In this document: piece by piece, positions 7,637-15,703 of the stretch
How the letters are laid out: each line of letters begins with the position of its first letter
Numbering within the stretch: position 1 is the first letter of the stretch
From: a virus
Lineage: Duplodnaviria > Caudoviricetes
Direction: 5' to 3' (one strand)
Length of the DNA: 38,224 nt
Virus record (IMG/VR): IMGVR_UViG_3300012038_000009
Location: 1 to 38,224 of that record
Notes under the pieces: model-generated
What the model saw: the letters and a program-made list of their open reading frames with translations, nothing else
Told to the model about the DNA's origin: nothing
Databases searched by the model: none
Translations under genes and position numbers: made by a program

Positions 7637-7815
7637 TAAATACGACCTTGGGCCTTATCTATTTCGTAATTAGTCTCTTTTTCTGTTTCTTTCTCCTCCC
7701 AGCACCCTAAACACGCTCGACCCTCATCGCGGTCGTAGCAGTCGTTTTTGCAAGGCTCATCGGCTTTTACGCAGTCTATGCAGCCACACTCATCGCCTGA
7801 GTCTTCTTGGTTCAT
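7636..7815 (-). CDS. Acidic Cys-rich small protein (59 aa, not in the ORF track)
   Basis: MNQEDSGDECGCIDCVKADEPCKNDCYDRDEGRACLGCWEEKETEKETNYEIDKAQGRI; ATGA overlap with the upstream gene. Confidence 0.6.
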   Translation of the reverse strand: MNQEDSGDECGCIDCVKADEPCKNDCYDRDEGRACLGCWEEKETEKETNYEIDKAQGRI

Positions 7816-8066
7816 AAGGTTTTATTAGTCCCGGACGGCGCAATTACCGCAGATCCAAGCGTCACGCGTCCATATTTAGGCGTTGGCTTTGTCTCGTCAA
7901 GCGCCGCTATCAACGCGTCGGCGTACTCTATCGCCTTAGGAATCGCCACGCGAGCGGGGAGCATGAAAGTGGTATTTTCTTTTTCGTCGTAGCTCCCTGA
8001 TAATTCTATTATTGTTTTTAAACACTCAATCGCAAAATGATCTCTCTGAGATATATTTAAACTCAT
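7812..8066 (-). CDS. Conserved-type phage hypothetical protein
   Basis: QRDHFA...AIEYADALIAAL motif common in small phage proteins; AAGGAG SD. Confidence 0.7.
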   Translation of the reverse strand: MSLNISQRDHFAIECLKTIIELSGSYDEKENTTFMLPARVAIPKAIEYADALIAALDETKPTPKYGRVTLGSAVIAPSGTNKTL

Positions 8067-8075
8067 AAAACTCCT

Positions 8076-8222
8076 TTAACGTCGTTCGTCACTGAATCCA
8101 ACTACCACGCTCATAAACACAGTGAACCCTATTACGAGCGCTAAAAACTCCCACGTAAAGACTGTGTCACCAAGTGTTCTAATCGACTGCCAGAAATCAA
8201 AAACCGTGATTGGTTCGATCAC
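8076..8222 (-). CDS. Small membrane protein (not in the ORF track)
   Basis: GTG-IEPITVFDFWQSIRTLGDTVFTWEFLALVIGFTVFMSVVVGFSDERR; GTGA overlap. Confidence 0.5.
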   Translation of the reverse strand: MIEPITVFDFWQSIRTLGDTVFTWEFLALVIGFTVFMSVVVGFSDERR

Positions 8223-8407
8223 TTCGTCCACTCTCCGACCCAGCAACCGAGTTCATACACTGGGAAAAACTCTGTCTGTTCTTTGTATTGACATTGTGTA
8301 GACGTAATAAACCCAGCGACAAAACAGATAGTTGAAATTAAAATGTAAATTAAAATTACTGACTCGATAACGTCGATCCATTGCATTGTTTTCCTAACCA
8401 CGCTCAT
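8219..8407 (-). CDS. Small membrane protein
   Basis: One TM segment; ATGA coupling. Confidence 0.55.
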   Translation of the reverse strand: MSVVRKTMQWIDVIESVILIYILISTICFVAGFITSTQCQYKEQTEFFPVYELGCWVGEWTK

Positions 8408-8637
8408 TTGCCCTTAGTTTCTTTTAGCCAGTGTTTGCGTCCGAGTTTCATCATGTGCCGAAAGATACTATGCTTCGCCCATGAATCGACGTTGCCAATA
8501 TATTCGAGTTCGCTTTTAAAAAGCATGAGTGAAAGTTTACTTACGAGCTGAGTCACCTGCGCAACGTCTACTTCTCTTTTCCCACCCTCTTGTTTGCAAA
8601 GATCTAAAATTACCGCTTTAACATTCTTGTGTTTCAT
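8404..8637 (-). CDS. Hypothetical protein
   Basis: Likely start ATG 8637 (MKHKNVK) with GGGAGG SD. Confidence 0.6.
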   Translation of the reverse strand: MKHKNVKAVILDLCKQEGGKREVDVAQVTQLVSKLSLMLFKSELEYIGNVDSWAKHSIFRHMMKLGRKHWLKETKGK

Positions 8638-8817
8638 AACCCTCCCTTTTCTTTGGACACTAAAACAAGTGTACTCACTGGTCAAGTCTCGGCCCGCTTT
8701 ATGCATAAGTGAAAACCATGAGGACCCTGAGTCCGCTTGGAGTCTTTAGATTATTTATAAGGCCGACTGAGCAAAGTGCATGGCAGGACTTTGCTTGGTG
8801 GTCTGAACACAAACAAT

Positions 8818-9252
8818 CTATTTGCATCGAACGTATCCTATCGAGTCATCCCAAGTTTGTATCGAATGCGTCAGTCTCAGCATGTCGGGGTTTGTACAGC
8901 GACATCGAAAAGCTGTCGGTAATGACCACGGGTCCTCGTCTTTGTGTGTCGCTAAAACCATCCCACTAGAGTTGCAAAGATCACATTGGGTTTCTTTTAC
9001 CAACGCAAGCTCTCGTCTTCTTTTCTCGTCGTAGTATTCCCCAATCTTTGCCCTACCGACTTCGAGTATTTTTGAAAGCGATGGGGGAGACATCACGTCC
9101 GCAATCACCATCTCGATTACATCGGCAAATACTTTCATGGGTAGGTGCTGAAATTTTTTCCAAAACGATTTTCTTCTTTCGTCCGGGTAGTACTTATCCC
9201 CGTAAACAAGCATTAGCCTGTTTATCTGATTATCAAACTCATAAGCATTCAT
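8818..9252 (-). CDS. Putative helicase loader/inhibitor-like replication accessory protein with a Zn finger
   Basis: Directly downstream of the initiator; helical N-terminal domain ending PPSLSKI; CDLC...FRCRC. Confidence 0.55.
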   Translation of the reverse strand: MNAYEFDNQINRLMLVYGDKYYPDERRKSFWKKFQHLPMKVFADVIEMVIADVMSPPSLSKILEVGRAKIGEYYDEKRRRELALVKETQCDLCNSSGMVLATHKDEDPWSLPTAFRCRCTNPDMLRLTHSIQTWDDSIGYVRCK

Positions 9253-10010
9253 GCGCTATCCTCCGCCAATATCTCGGCGATACCCCTAGTCCTTACCTTC
9301 GTTTGTTCTCCGCCGTAGGACCCCTCTAGCACTTTATCCACCGTATCAGGGCGAATCAACCAATCAAAGTTTGCTTTCCATCCCCTGTCGTTGTTGCCAC
9401 TAAGAAACTTGTTCGCCTTTATCTTGTCAAATAGTTCTATCCAAAATGAATCAATGGGGTGGTCGCGCCAGCGACTACGGGCACGCTGTAAGCGTGCGGC
9501 TGAACAGCCCCTAACAGGGGCGAACTGTGGCACCATGTGTTGATTCCACAGTTTAAGCAATTGGTGAGTCTCTTTAGATTTCCTACTGACTATATTCTCT
9601 TCTTGAGATTGAGATTGAGATTGAGATTGAGATTGAGGGGTAGGCACCGCTTGGGGTTCGCTTAAGCTACGCTTAGGCACCGCTTGAACTTTATGACGCA
9701 TTTGTTCTGATCTAACAATGCCGCCACGTCTACCTGCGTCTATCTTTTGTTTTAACCATCCGAAATGTTTATCCGCGCCAACACACATGATTCCGTCGCC
9801 GTCTTCTATTGCGAATCCACATTCTAGAAGCTCCTTTTTAAATGCACTTGAAAAAAACTTTTTAGGAATCATTTTGTTTTCGATCCATTGCTTTTGGCAG
9901 TATCGCCAGAATCTTACTAATGCGTGTAGTGCGCCGTCGCCCAGTAACTCTTGCAGCCGCTCAAATCGCGGGTCCGCCCATAACTCTTCCTCGATGTTTA
10001 TCCGCGCCAT
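9249..10010 (-). CDS. Phage replication initiator (lambda O-type replisome organiser)
   Basis: MARINI..W.DPRF N-terminus, AGRRGG linker, internal repeats, C-terminal FLSG.NDRGWKANFDWLIRP...KVLEG.Y. Confidence 0.85.
   Translation of the reverse strand: MARINIEEELWADPRFERLQELLGDGALHALVRFWRYCQKQWIENKMIPKKFFSSAFKKELLECGFAIEDGDGIMCVGADKHFGWLKQKIDAGRRGGIVRSEQMRHKVQAVPKRSLSEPQAVPTPQSQSQSQSQSQEENIVSRKSKETHQLLKLWNQHMVPQFAPVRGCSAARLQRARSRWRDHPIDSFWIELFDKIKANKFLSGNNDRGWKANFDWLIRPDTVDKVLEGSYGGEQTKVRTRGIAEILAEDSA
9603..9686. repeat. Candidate replication origin iterons inside the initiator gene
   Basis: (TTGAGA)x5.8 at 9603-9637; CGCTT at 11-bp spacing (9648, 9659, 9670, 9681); TAGGCACCGCTTG twice. Confidence 0.65.
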
Positions 10011-10103
10011 TATCCCCCCAAGGACTTATTTATTTACGATAATTTTATTGCTTAATTGAGCCGGAATCGGCAAAACTAGAGTCAATAAAGTGTCGAAACT
10101 TTT

Positions 10104-10325
10104 TTATCTCTGAGATGGGCTAGACTGTAAAGTCAAATCTGTCTCAGAGATTTCCTTTTCTGACACAGTTTTTGGTTTGAATAGGCTACCTTTTGAGGGA
10201 TTAAAACAAGTCAAACACGTAGCGTTGAACCTATCTAACACGTATCTAACACCAGGCTTTATTTTTGTTCCGCAATTGAAGTGCGTTCGCGAAGCTTTGA
10301 AATCATTTAGCCAGTGGGTTTTCAT
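10104..10325 (-). CDS. Small Zn-finger-like protein
   Basis: H...CG...ATCLTC motif. Confidence 0.6.
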   Translation of the reverse strand: MKTHWLNDFKASRTHFNCGTKIKPGVRYVLDRFNATCLTCFNPSKGSLFKPKTVSEKEISETDLTLQSSPSQR

Positions 10326-10533
10326 TCTTCATTCGCTCTTTAGCCCATTGGTGTAAAACAAAAAGTCTCTCAATAGTAAAAACAATTGCCGACTCATGCG
10401 TAATAGTTCCGCATGTGAGTTGCTTGCGTGCAGTTTCCCAGTCGTCGTTTCCGTCAAAGATTGCTTTTATCGTTTCAATTTGAAGTCTCGTTTCGTCTGA
10501 GCAAAGCCGGTTAGTCATCTCATCTCCTGTCAT
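10303..10533 (-). CDS. Hypothetical protein
   Basis: Coupled ORF in the early operon. Confidence 0.55.
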   Translation of the reverse strand: MTGDEMTNRLCSDETRLQIETIKAIFDGNDDWETARKQLTCGTITHESAIVFTIERLFVLHQWAKERMKNENPLAK

Positions 10534-10745
10534 TCGTCACTGAACGGATGGAATACGGTGTTGCTTCTATCGCCCATATGTAAATCAGACAACCCAGTCC
10601 TTCTTACTCGATTAAAAAGATCAGTGAGCAAAAAATAAACGGCATCTGAAAACTCCGTATCCGCTATTGATTCTAAAAACTCATCACTATTTTTGGACGA
10701 TAAAAGAGCTGCGTTGATTTTTTCAAAAGCTTTATCTGTCGTCAT
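10530..10745 (-). CDS. Hypothetical protein
   Basis: Coupled ORF in the early operon. Confidence 0.55.
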   Translation of the reverse strand: MTTDKAFEKINAALLSSKNSDEFLESIADTEFSDAVYFLLTDLFNRVRRTGLSDLHMGDRSNTVFHPFSDE

Positions 10746-10953
10746 TGTGATCCCGCATGATTTTTAATATGAGGTTGAGTTTTTTTTCAAGAATGTAAAC
10801 TCGCCCAAACATGAACGCCCTGAAACTATTTTCGTCAGTTGTATACAAAAGCATCGAGCATTCGAAAGAAGATTCTTGAGTTAGGTCTTTTAATAGTGAT
10901 GTCATGGCATCATCGAGTAGTTTTGCGTCGGAAAAATTATCCTCTTGTTTCAT
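10732..10953 (-). CDS. Hypothetical protein
   Basis: Likely start ATG 10953 in ATGA overlap. Confidence 0.55.
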   Translation of the reverse strand: MKQEDNFSDAKLLDDAMTSLLKDLTQESSFECSMLLYTTDENSFRAFMFGRVYILEKKLNLILKIMRDHNDDR

Positions 10954-11165
10954 TTCTTTTTCTTCTTTCGTCCTGGCAAGTTGTCCCAATCCGATAAGGC
11001 TTTTTCTCTAGTTTTACAAATCGACCCTTGAGCATCGCACGGGTCACACTGTATCCAATAAATTATTGGAGGATGTATTTCATCTGAACTCATAATTCTA
11101 ACGTCGGTACTGCCGCAAAATGGGCATGGTTTAAAGAGGATTTCACTCAATTTTTTTAATCTCAT
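10950..11165 (-). CDS. Lar-family (restriction alleviation-like) Zn-ribbon protein
   Basis: KPCPFCGS...IQCDPC.A.G....EKA..DW. Confidence 0.7.
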   Translation of the reverse strand: MRLKKLSEILFKPCPFCGSTDVRIMSSDEIHPPIIYWIQCDPCDAQGSICKTREKALSDWDNLPGRKKKKK

Positions 11166-11896
11166 TTTTTATTCTCCAATTCAGCGTAAGCTTGATCGAA
11201 TTTCTTGAATGTCAAAACCGTCATAAACTCTCGCGCCTGAAACTCAGTGAGTAGCGTCGCGTTCTCAACTCCCCAGCGTTTCATGGCGTATATGCCCGCT
11301 TTGTCTCGGCCCCACTCTGATCGCGTGATTGACTGCGATAGTTCTCCTAATGTGTTACGCGTGATTGCCGAACCATTGTCAACCGGCTCAGTCTTTACTT
11401 GTGTCGCTGTTTCCGCGTTAACCGCATCAACAACCTCAGACTCATCAAGTAATCCAAGGCCACAAATACTAAGAGTCGCCCGACGCTTCGCCTTCGTTTC
11501 GGCTTTCATAAAAGCATTTGGAACATCCGAAGGGCGAAGCCCACCTATTAAAACCGCACCCGTTGATTCGTCTTTACGACCGTCTGGCATTGAAGCCTTT
11601 GCCGTTACCACATAAACCTCATCAATCTTTTCACGAGACGTGATCTCGATACTGACATTATGAATTTGACGTAATTGTTCGGCCGCCGCTTTCGTTGCGT
11701 AAAGAACAAGCTTGCCGTTGAGATTGATGTACTCGAAAGGCTTTGTGAGCGTATTGAGTCCAACCGAATCACAGACCGCTTTATAGTAGGCAAGTCGCTG
11801 CTCAGGATTCAAAGGTTGCAAGTCGCCTTGGATCAAAACCTTTTCAATATTTTCTGGTAGCACTTTCGTTGAGCTAATCGTTTGTGGCAGAGTCAT
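11162..11896 (-). CDS. ssDNA-annealing recombinase (RecT/Red-beta-like)
   Basis: GDL..L..EQR..YY..VC...GLN.LTKPF...MKAETKAKRRATLSICGLG; adjacent to Gp157. Confidence 0.7.
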   Translation of the reverse strand: MTLPQTISSTKVLPENIEKVLIQGDLQPLNPEQRLAYYKAVCDSVGLNTLTKPFEYINLNGKLVLYATKAAAEQLRQIHNVSIEITSREKIDEVYVVTAKASMPDGRKDESTGAVLIGGLRPSDVPNAFMKAETKAKRRATLSICGLGLLDESEVVDAVNAETATQVKTEPVDNGSAITRNTLGELSQSITRSEWGRDKAGIYAMKRWGVENATLLTEFQAREFMTVLTFKKFDQAYAELENKK

Positions 11897-12476
11897 TTTG
11901 TATTTCCTTCTTTTTATTAGATGACGGGTTGTTTAAGTATTTTCTAAGCGCAGTGCCGCCGACGAGTTTACATCCGGGGATTTCTTGCCCAGCCTCAAGC
12001 GCTGCTTTGATTTTTTCTTTGTCTGGCTTGTAAGTTACGATTTCCATAAGCCAGGCCGTTGGTAACTCGGTCTCGTTAATTTCTAAAGCTTTTTTTGTCG
12101 CACTGAGTTTGAAACGAGTTTCGTATCCTGATAGTTCTGTCGTCTCAAGCTTCTCCATCGCCTGTTTGATTCTAGCCTTGAGTGATTCTACAAGTGCAAG
12201 GCAGGACGAAGACACCGCAACCCTAGCGTTCGCCTGATCTTTGAGCATCTGCGCGGCCATGAGCATTTTATCGATTATATAATGATACGCGTCAACCTTG
12301 GACGCGAGTAAGATTTTCAACTCCCCAGGACTTTTCGATATATCAACCGGAATGATTGAGTTCAGCATGTTCTCAATCTCAGGAGTGATCTCCCCGCCCG
12401 TTTCAAGTAATGCGCATTCAAAGTCAGTGACTAATCTCGCGTGCGCTGCGAGTTCTAAAAGTGATGTACTACTCAC
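11874..12476 (-). CDS. Siphovirus Gp157-family protein
   Basis: Coiled coil followed by LP...KPDKEKIKAALEAGQEIPGCKL. Confidence 0.85.
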   Translation of the reverse strand: MSSTSLLELAAHARLVTDFECALLETGGEITPEIENMLNSIIPVDISKSPGELKILLASKVDAYHYIIDKMLMAAQMLKDQANARVAVSSSCLALVESLKARIKQAMEKLETTELSGYETRFKLSATKKALEINETELPTAWLMEIVTYKPDKEKIKAALEAGQEIPGCKLVGGTALRKYLNNPSSNKKKEIQNDSATND

Positions 12477-12673
12477 GCAGCACCGTCCGGCATGTGTTCG
12501 ACTGTGATTTTTACGTTCTCTTTTTCTTGTATGACGTTGAAGAAAGCCTGTAGAACCATCGGCTCTAGAAAAACCTCATTGTCTACAGCAATTCCATTTG
12601 TCGCGTAAAGCCTGTATTGAAACCCGTCGTATGAGCAGTAAAGTCCGTCGCCTAGATAATGAGCTGAATCCAT
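12473..12673 (-). CDS. Conserved-type phage hypothetical protein (first gene of the early operon)
   Basis: YLGDGLY...DG.Q..L...N.VFLEP motif; likely start ATG 12673 with AAAGGTG SD. Confidence 0.7.
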   Translation of the reverse strand: MDSAHYLGDGLYCSYDGFQYRLYATNGIAVDNEVFLEPMVLQAFFNVIQEKENVKITVEHMPDGAA

Positions 12674-12698
12674 AAAAACACCTTTCAAATAGACGCCC

Positions 12699-12831
12699 AA
12701 CCGCCAATTTTCGGCGGTTCTGTAACGTACTGATGGTTGAAAATCAACGATTGAGCGGCTACCCGTAGGCCGATCAAGTTCCGAGAAGAGACCATCACGA
12801 CCTAAAATTTTTAAATGAGAAAGTACGTTAC
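12699..12831 (-). ncRNA. Structured leader RNA, possibly C4/CI-like
   Basis: Nested helices GTAACGTACT/AGTACGTTAC and TGATGGT/ACCATCA, a cUACGg-containing hairpin, GTTGA/TCAAC, then the hairpin AACCGCC/GGCGGTT. Confidence 0.55.
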
Positions 12832-12837
12832 GAAAGT

Positions 12838-12865
12838 CTTTTATCAAACGTGAGTACAAACGCAA
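12838..12865 (-). promoter_or_regulatory. Putative early promoter
   Basis: TTGCGT-16-TAAAAG with a TG extension; predicted +1 near 12831, the first base of the RNA stem. Confidence 0.4.
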
Positions 12866-13126
12866 TAATTATTTTTATAAATTTGTCTCGACCCTTTTAT
12901 ATATTTTTAATATGGGATTCATAATCGGATTCAATGAGGGCAGACATAAACTAATTAAGTTTAGTTATGTAAACTCATTAGCAAAAGAGAAATAGTCGAT
13001 ACGTTATGTACTCCATCGCCGATCGTGCGACGAAAGTTCTTGTTTGCGCAAAGTGCAATAAAACAATGACGCTCTATAAGAAAAAATCAGTATTGGCTTT
13101 GAAAAATATGTTTTTTAGTTATTTTT

Positions 13127-13155
13127 AAACGAGAGCGGTCTCTCGACCGCCCCCG
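13127..13155 (-). terminator. GNRA-capped hairpin, probable terminator
   Basis: Minus strand CGGGGGCGGTC-GAGA-GACCGCTCTCG followed by TTT. Confidence 0.6.
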
Positions 13156-13212
13156 CCCATCATGGAAAAAGGCTAGATACAACGTAATAAATTTTACCAC
13201 GGATATTGAATT

Positions 13213-13956
13213 TCAATAGAATTTTTCAGGTGCGGACGCGGCGTAAATTGGAAACTCCGCAGGCTCAGTCTCAAAGCACATGCGCGGGTTCACTTTCGCC
13301 TTAGTCATTTTACTTTGCCAGAACAGAAACGCTAAATGACAAGCCGTGTACTGACTCATGGTTTCCATCATGAGCCACATGCGAAGTCGCCCGCCTGCAT
13401 CGAAAGACTTATTCGGATTATAACAAAGTGCGTCCCAAGTAACATGCGCTGCGAAAATTAGCTTAGAAGCTAAATTGATATTAATCCCAGCGCTCGCCTT
13501 CAAGTACGGCATGAGCCAAGGGAAGCGATAAAGATTATAGCGTTGGTCTCCAATTAAAAATTCCTTAAGCGCTATGTGTTTATTCAAGTAATCATGAATC
13601 CCTGTGTCTGCCTTTTGATTATTGTAGACCCCGTCATGCTCGAGCAAATACACCACGATCTCTTTCGCGAGGCTTCGAGATAGGTAAGCGATGCCCATGA
13701 GTTCATCATGTGAGGTGGACCCGCCGCCGCCGTCTGGCCAACGGTTAAAAAGCCCAGGCTCGATTCGACATTTGTCAGCGAAGTTTTTGAATTTAGCCAA
13801 GAGAGATTTCTCATCACCGTAATCAAGGTCATTCAGGTGCATGAGCTTCATTGCGTATGCGCCGTATATGCTCGGATTATTTAATCCCGGGCATAGTGGG
13901 AGGTCGTATTGTGGGTGCCAAGCGCTGCTTTTTTTCCATTCGTTTAATATATTCAC
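13213..13956 (-). CDS. Hypothetical protein, possibly an enzyme
   Basis: Likely GTG start at 13956 (GTGA overlap); motif-like GLFNRWP...SHDELMG...YNN. Confidence 0.7.
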   Translation of the reverse strand: MNILNEWKKSSAWHPQYDLPLCPGLNNPSIYGAYAMKLMHLNDLDYGDEKSLLAKFKNFADKCRIEPGLFNRWPDGGGGSTSHDELMGIAYLSRSLAKEIVVYLLEHDGVYNNQKADTGIHDYLNKHIALKEFLIGDQRYNLYRFPWLMPYLKASAGININLASKLIFAAHVTWDALCYNPNKSFDAGGRLRMWLMMETMSQYTACHLAFLFWQSKMTKAKVNPRMCFETEPAEFPIYAASAPEKFY

Positions 13957-15008
13957 GCTGTTCTTTTTCTCAACCCTCTTTGAAAGAGAGCCTGACATTT
14001 TCTACAAATACGACCAGGTCTCCCATTCCAAGAAACACGTCTGTATGTGTTCTTTTCATCAAAAATATGGCCACGCTTACAATGAGTTTTTTTTGCATTT
14101 AAAGCGGTCGCGCTTTTGCTTCTAATATTGTTTTCTTGTGGAGTTACGGCTTCTAAATGATTTGGATTTACGCAGCTAGTATTTTTACACAAGTGATCTA
14201 TTTCAAATCCCACAGGTATTTGTCCGATACAGTGCTCGTAGACCACGCGATGTCCGACGAGCGTTTTACCTTTGTAGGTGTATGTGCCGTAGCCAGTTTT
14301 GGTTTTATTGCCGGTCCATTCCCAGCATGTATGAAAAGGGATCCGTGCGATTCTTTCTTCGATACAGCGTCCGTTTCCTTGATAAAGTTCTGTCATGTTT
14401 CCACCCTTGCAGGTCATCGTCGCTGCTTTATTAATTAAATAGGTGTTTAGAGTTATCGTACAGTAATTTTTTGTAAGAGCCTGTAGACACAAGTCAGTGT
14501 CCTCATTGTATCTTCCACGCCACCGAAACGGGAGATCGTTACGAATTAAAAGACAAGAATAGACTTTATGATTTAGATAGAAAGGTTTCAGGGTGTGATT
14601 CGCTGGAATTGTAAATCTGTAATTTAACCCACCAATTGCAACATTCTCAAAACGATCTAAAAAAATCTCAGCTTTTTCGAAAGCAGTTAGAGCATTACAG
14701 CGAACACGTTTTCCGTTTTTCCAGGTGACGATTCCATTTATGTTATCGTCTAGAATCCAATGTTTAGTCCCACCCTCTTTAATCGCATGTTCCCATACGA
14801 AGTTTCTCGCTGGGATTCCACCTAGTCCAAGATTACTAAACGGTGTCACGACTATTTCAGCGTCAGGGAATCTTTGTTTGTACTGCACGTATTCTTGAGG
14901 CTCAACCACGAGTCGAAAGTTAACGCCGTCTTTTAATAAAAACTTAGCTGTATGATTCGATAAATCAAATCGACCTTTCGAGATCACATAGATCGGATGC
15001 TTATTCAT
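13953..15008 (-). CDS. TAGT/GREB1-like glycosyltransferase fused to a C-terminal HNH endonuclease
   Basis: PIYVISKGR, VVEPQE, ARNFVW, HWILDDN, YSCLLI, WRGRYNEDTDL and KGGN motifs, then CWEWTG..GYG..HR..IDHLCKN..CVNPNHLE..KTHCKRGH. Confidence 0.85.
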   Translation of the reverse strand: MNKHPIYVISKGRFDLSNHTAKFLLKDGVNFRLVVEPQEYVQYKQRFPDAEIVVTPFSNLGLGGIPARNFVWEHAIKEGGTKHWILDDNINGIVTWKNGKRVRCNALTAFEKAEIFLDRFENVAIGGLNYRFTIPANHTLKPFYLNHKVYSCLLIRNDLPFRWRGRYNEDTDLCLQALTKNYCTITLNTYLINKAATMTCKGGNMTELYQGNGRCIEERIARIPFHTCWEWTGNKTKTGYGTYTYKGKTLVGHRVVYEHCIGQIPVGFEIDHLCKNTSCVNPNHLEAVTPQENNIRSKSATALNAKKTHCKRGHIFDEKNTYRRVSWNGRPGRICRKCQALFQRGLRKRTA

Positions 15009-15612
15009 TTTCGAGATCAGGCCACCTGGCCGATAGGAGTTTACCGTCTTGAAATTTCTTATGGTTTTTTATATGTAGACAGTTTAAAAGATCCAATGAG
15101 GCTGACTCGTTGTTCGTAATAATTACGACCTTGCATTGCTCGGACGGTTTTTCAAACTCGTCTTTGTACAACTCGCTCTCAATAAATTTATCCATTGGTT
15201 CTATTAGAAAGTTTTTTAAACCCAGTGTTTCTATATCTATGGGTCCAATCTCAGCCAAATCAGAATTGATCCCGGCTAAGTCTAACTCCGACCACGAAGC
15301 TATCGCGTTATCGGCCTGCACGTCCGCGTACTCTTGATCAGAGTTTGCGTAGTCCTGAAAGTCTACAGGCATTTGAATCCAGCCGTTTAACTTCGCAGCT
15401 TCTATGCGACCGTGACCTGAGGTGACAAAGCCTGACTGATTTGAAACTTTCACTGGGTAACGAATGCCCTGGTATTTCAAAATTTTGGCGAGTCGTTCAA
15501 TCTGATCCTTCGGGTGCTTGTTTCTATTTTTTGGGTGGGCAATTAATTCCGAGATAGGAACTAATCGTGTGTGCGAGCATCTGACTACAAAATCCACGTC
15601 AAGATTATCCAC
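15001..15612 (-). CDS. ParB/Srx N-terminal-domain protein
   Basis: HPKNRNKH...QIERLA..L...G...P...SGHGRIEAAK...ADN. Confidence 0.85.
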   Translation of the reverse strand: MDNLDVDFVVRCSHTRLVPISELIAHPKNRNKHPKDQIERLAKILKYQGIRYPVKVSNQSGFVTSGHGRIEAAKLNGWIQMPVDFQDYANSDQEYADVQADNAIASWSELDLAGINSDLAEIGPIDIETLGLKNFLIEPMDKFIESELYKDEFEKPSEQCKVVIITNNESASLDLLNCLHIKNHKKFQDGKLLSARWPDLENE

Positions 15613-15703
15613 GTCTAAACTTTCTTCTAGTGGTTTTTATTCGTTTATTGTTTCGCGTAGCCATTAGCTTTCTGCTCGATCGCTTTTGTTTCTTTGTTGT
15701 CAT
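15605..15703 (-). CDS. Arg/Lys-rich 32-aa micro-protein (not in the ORF track)
   Basis: MTTKKQKRSSRKLMATRNNKRIKTTRRKFRRG; its stop overlaps the start of the ParB-like gene. Confidence 0.45.
   Translation of the reverse strand: MTTKKQKRSSRKLMATRNNKRIKTTRRKFRRG

Noticed and set aside
13953-14400. Group I intron or intein explaining the glycosyltransferase-HNH fusion
   Set aside because: The next gene overlaps the HNH stop, leaving no room for an intron core or second exon, and there is no intein C-terminal HN-C/S/T motif.
15001-15612. Plasmid partition system
   Set aside because: Only the ParB/Srx N-terminal domain is present, with no ParA; the context fits a modification/packaging-associated gene.
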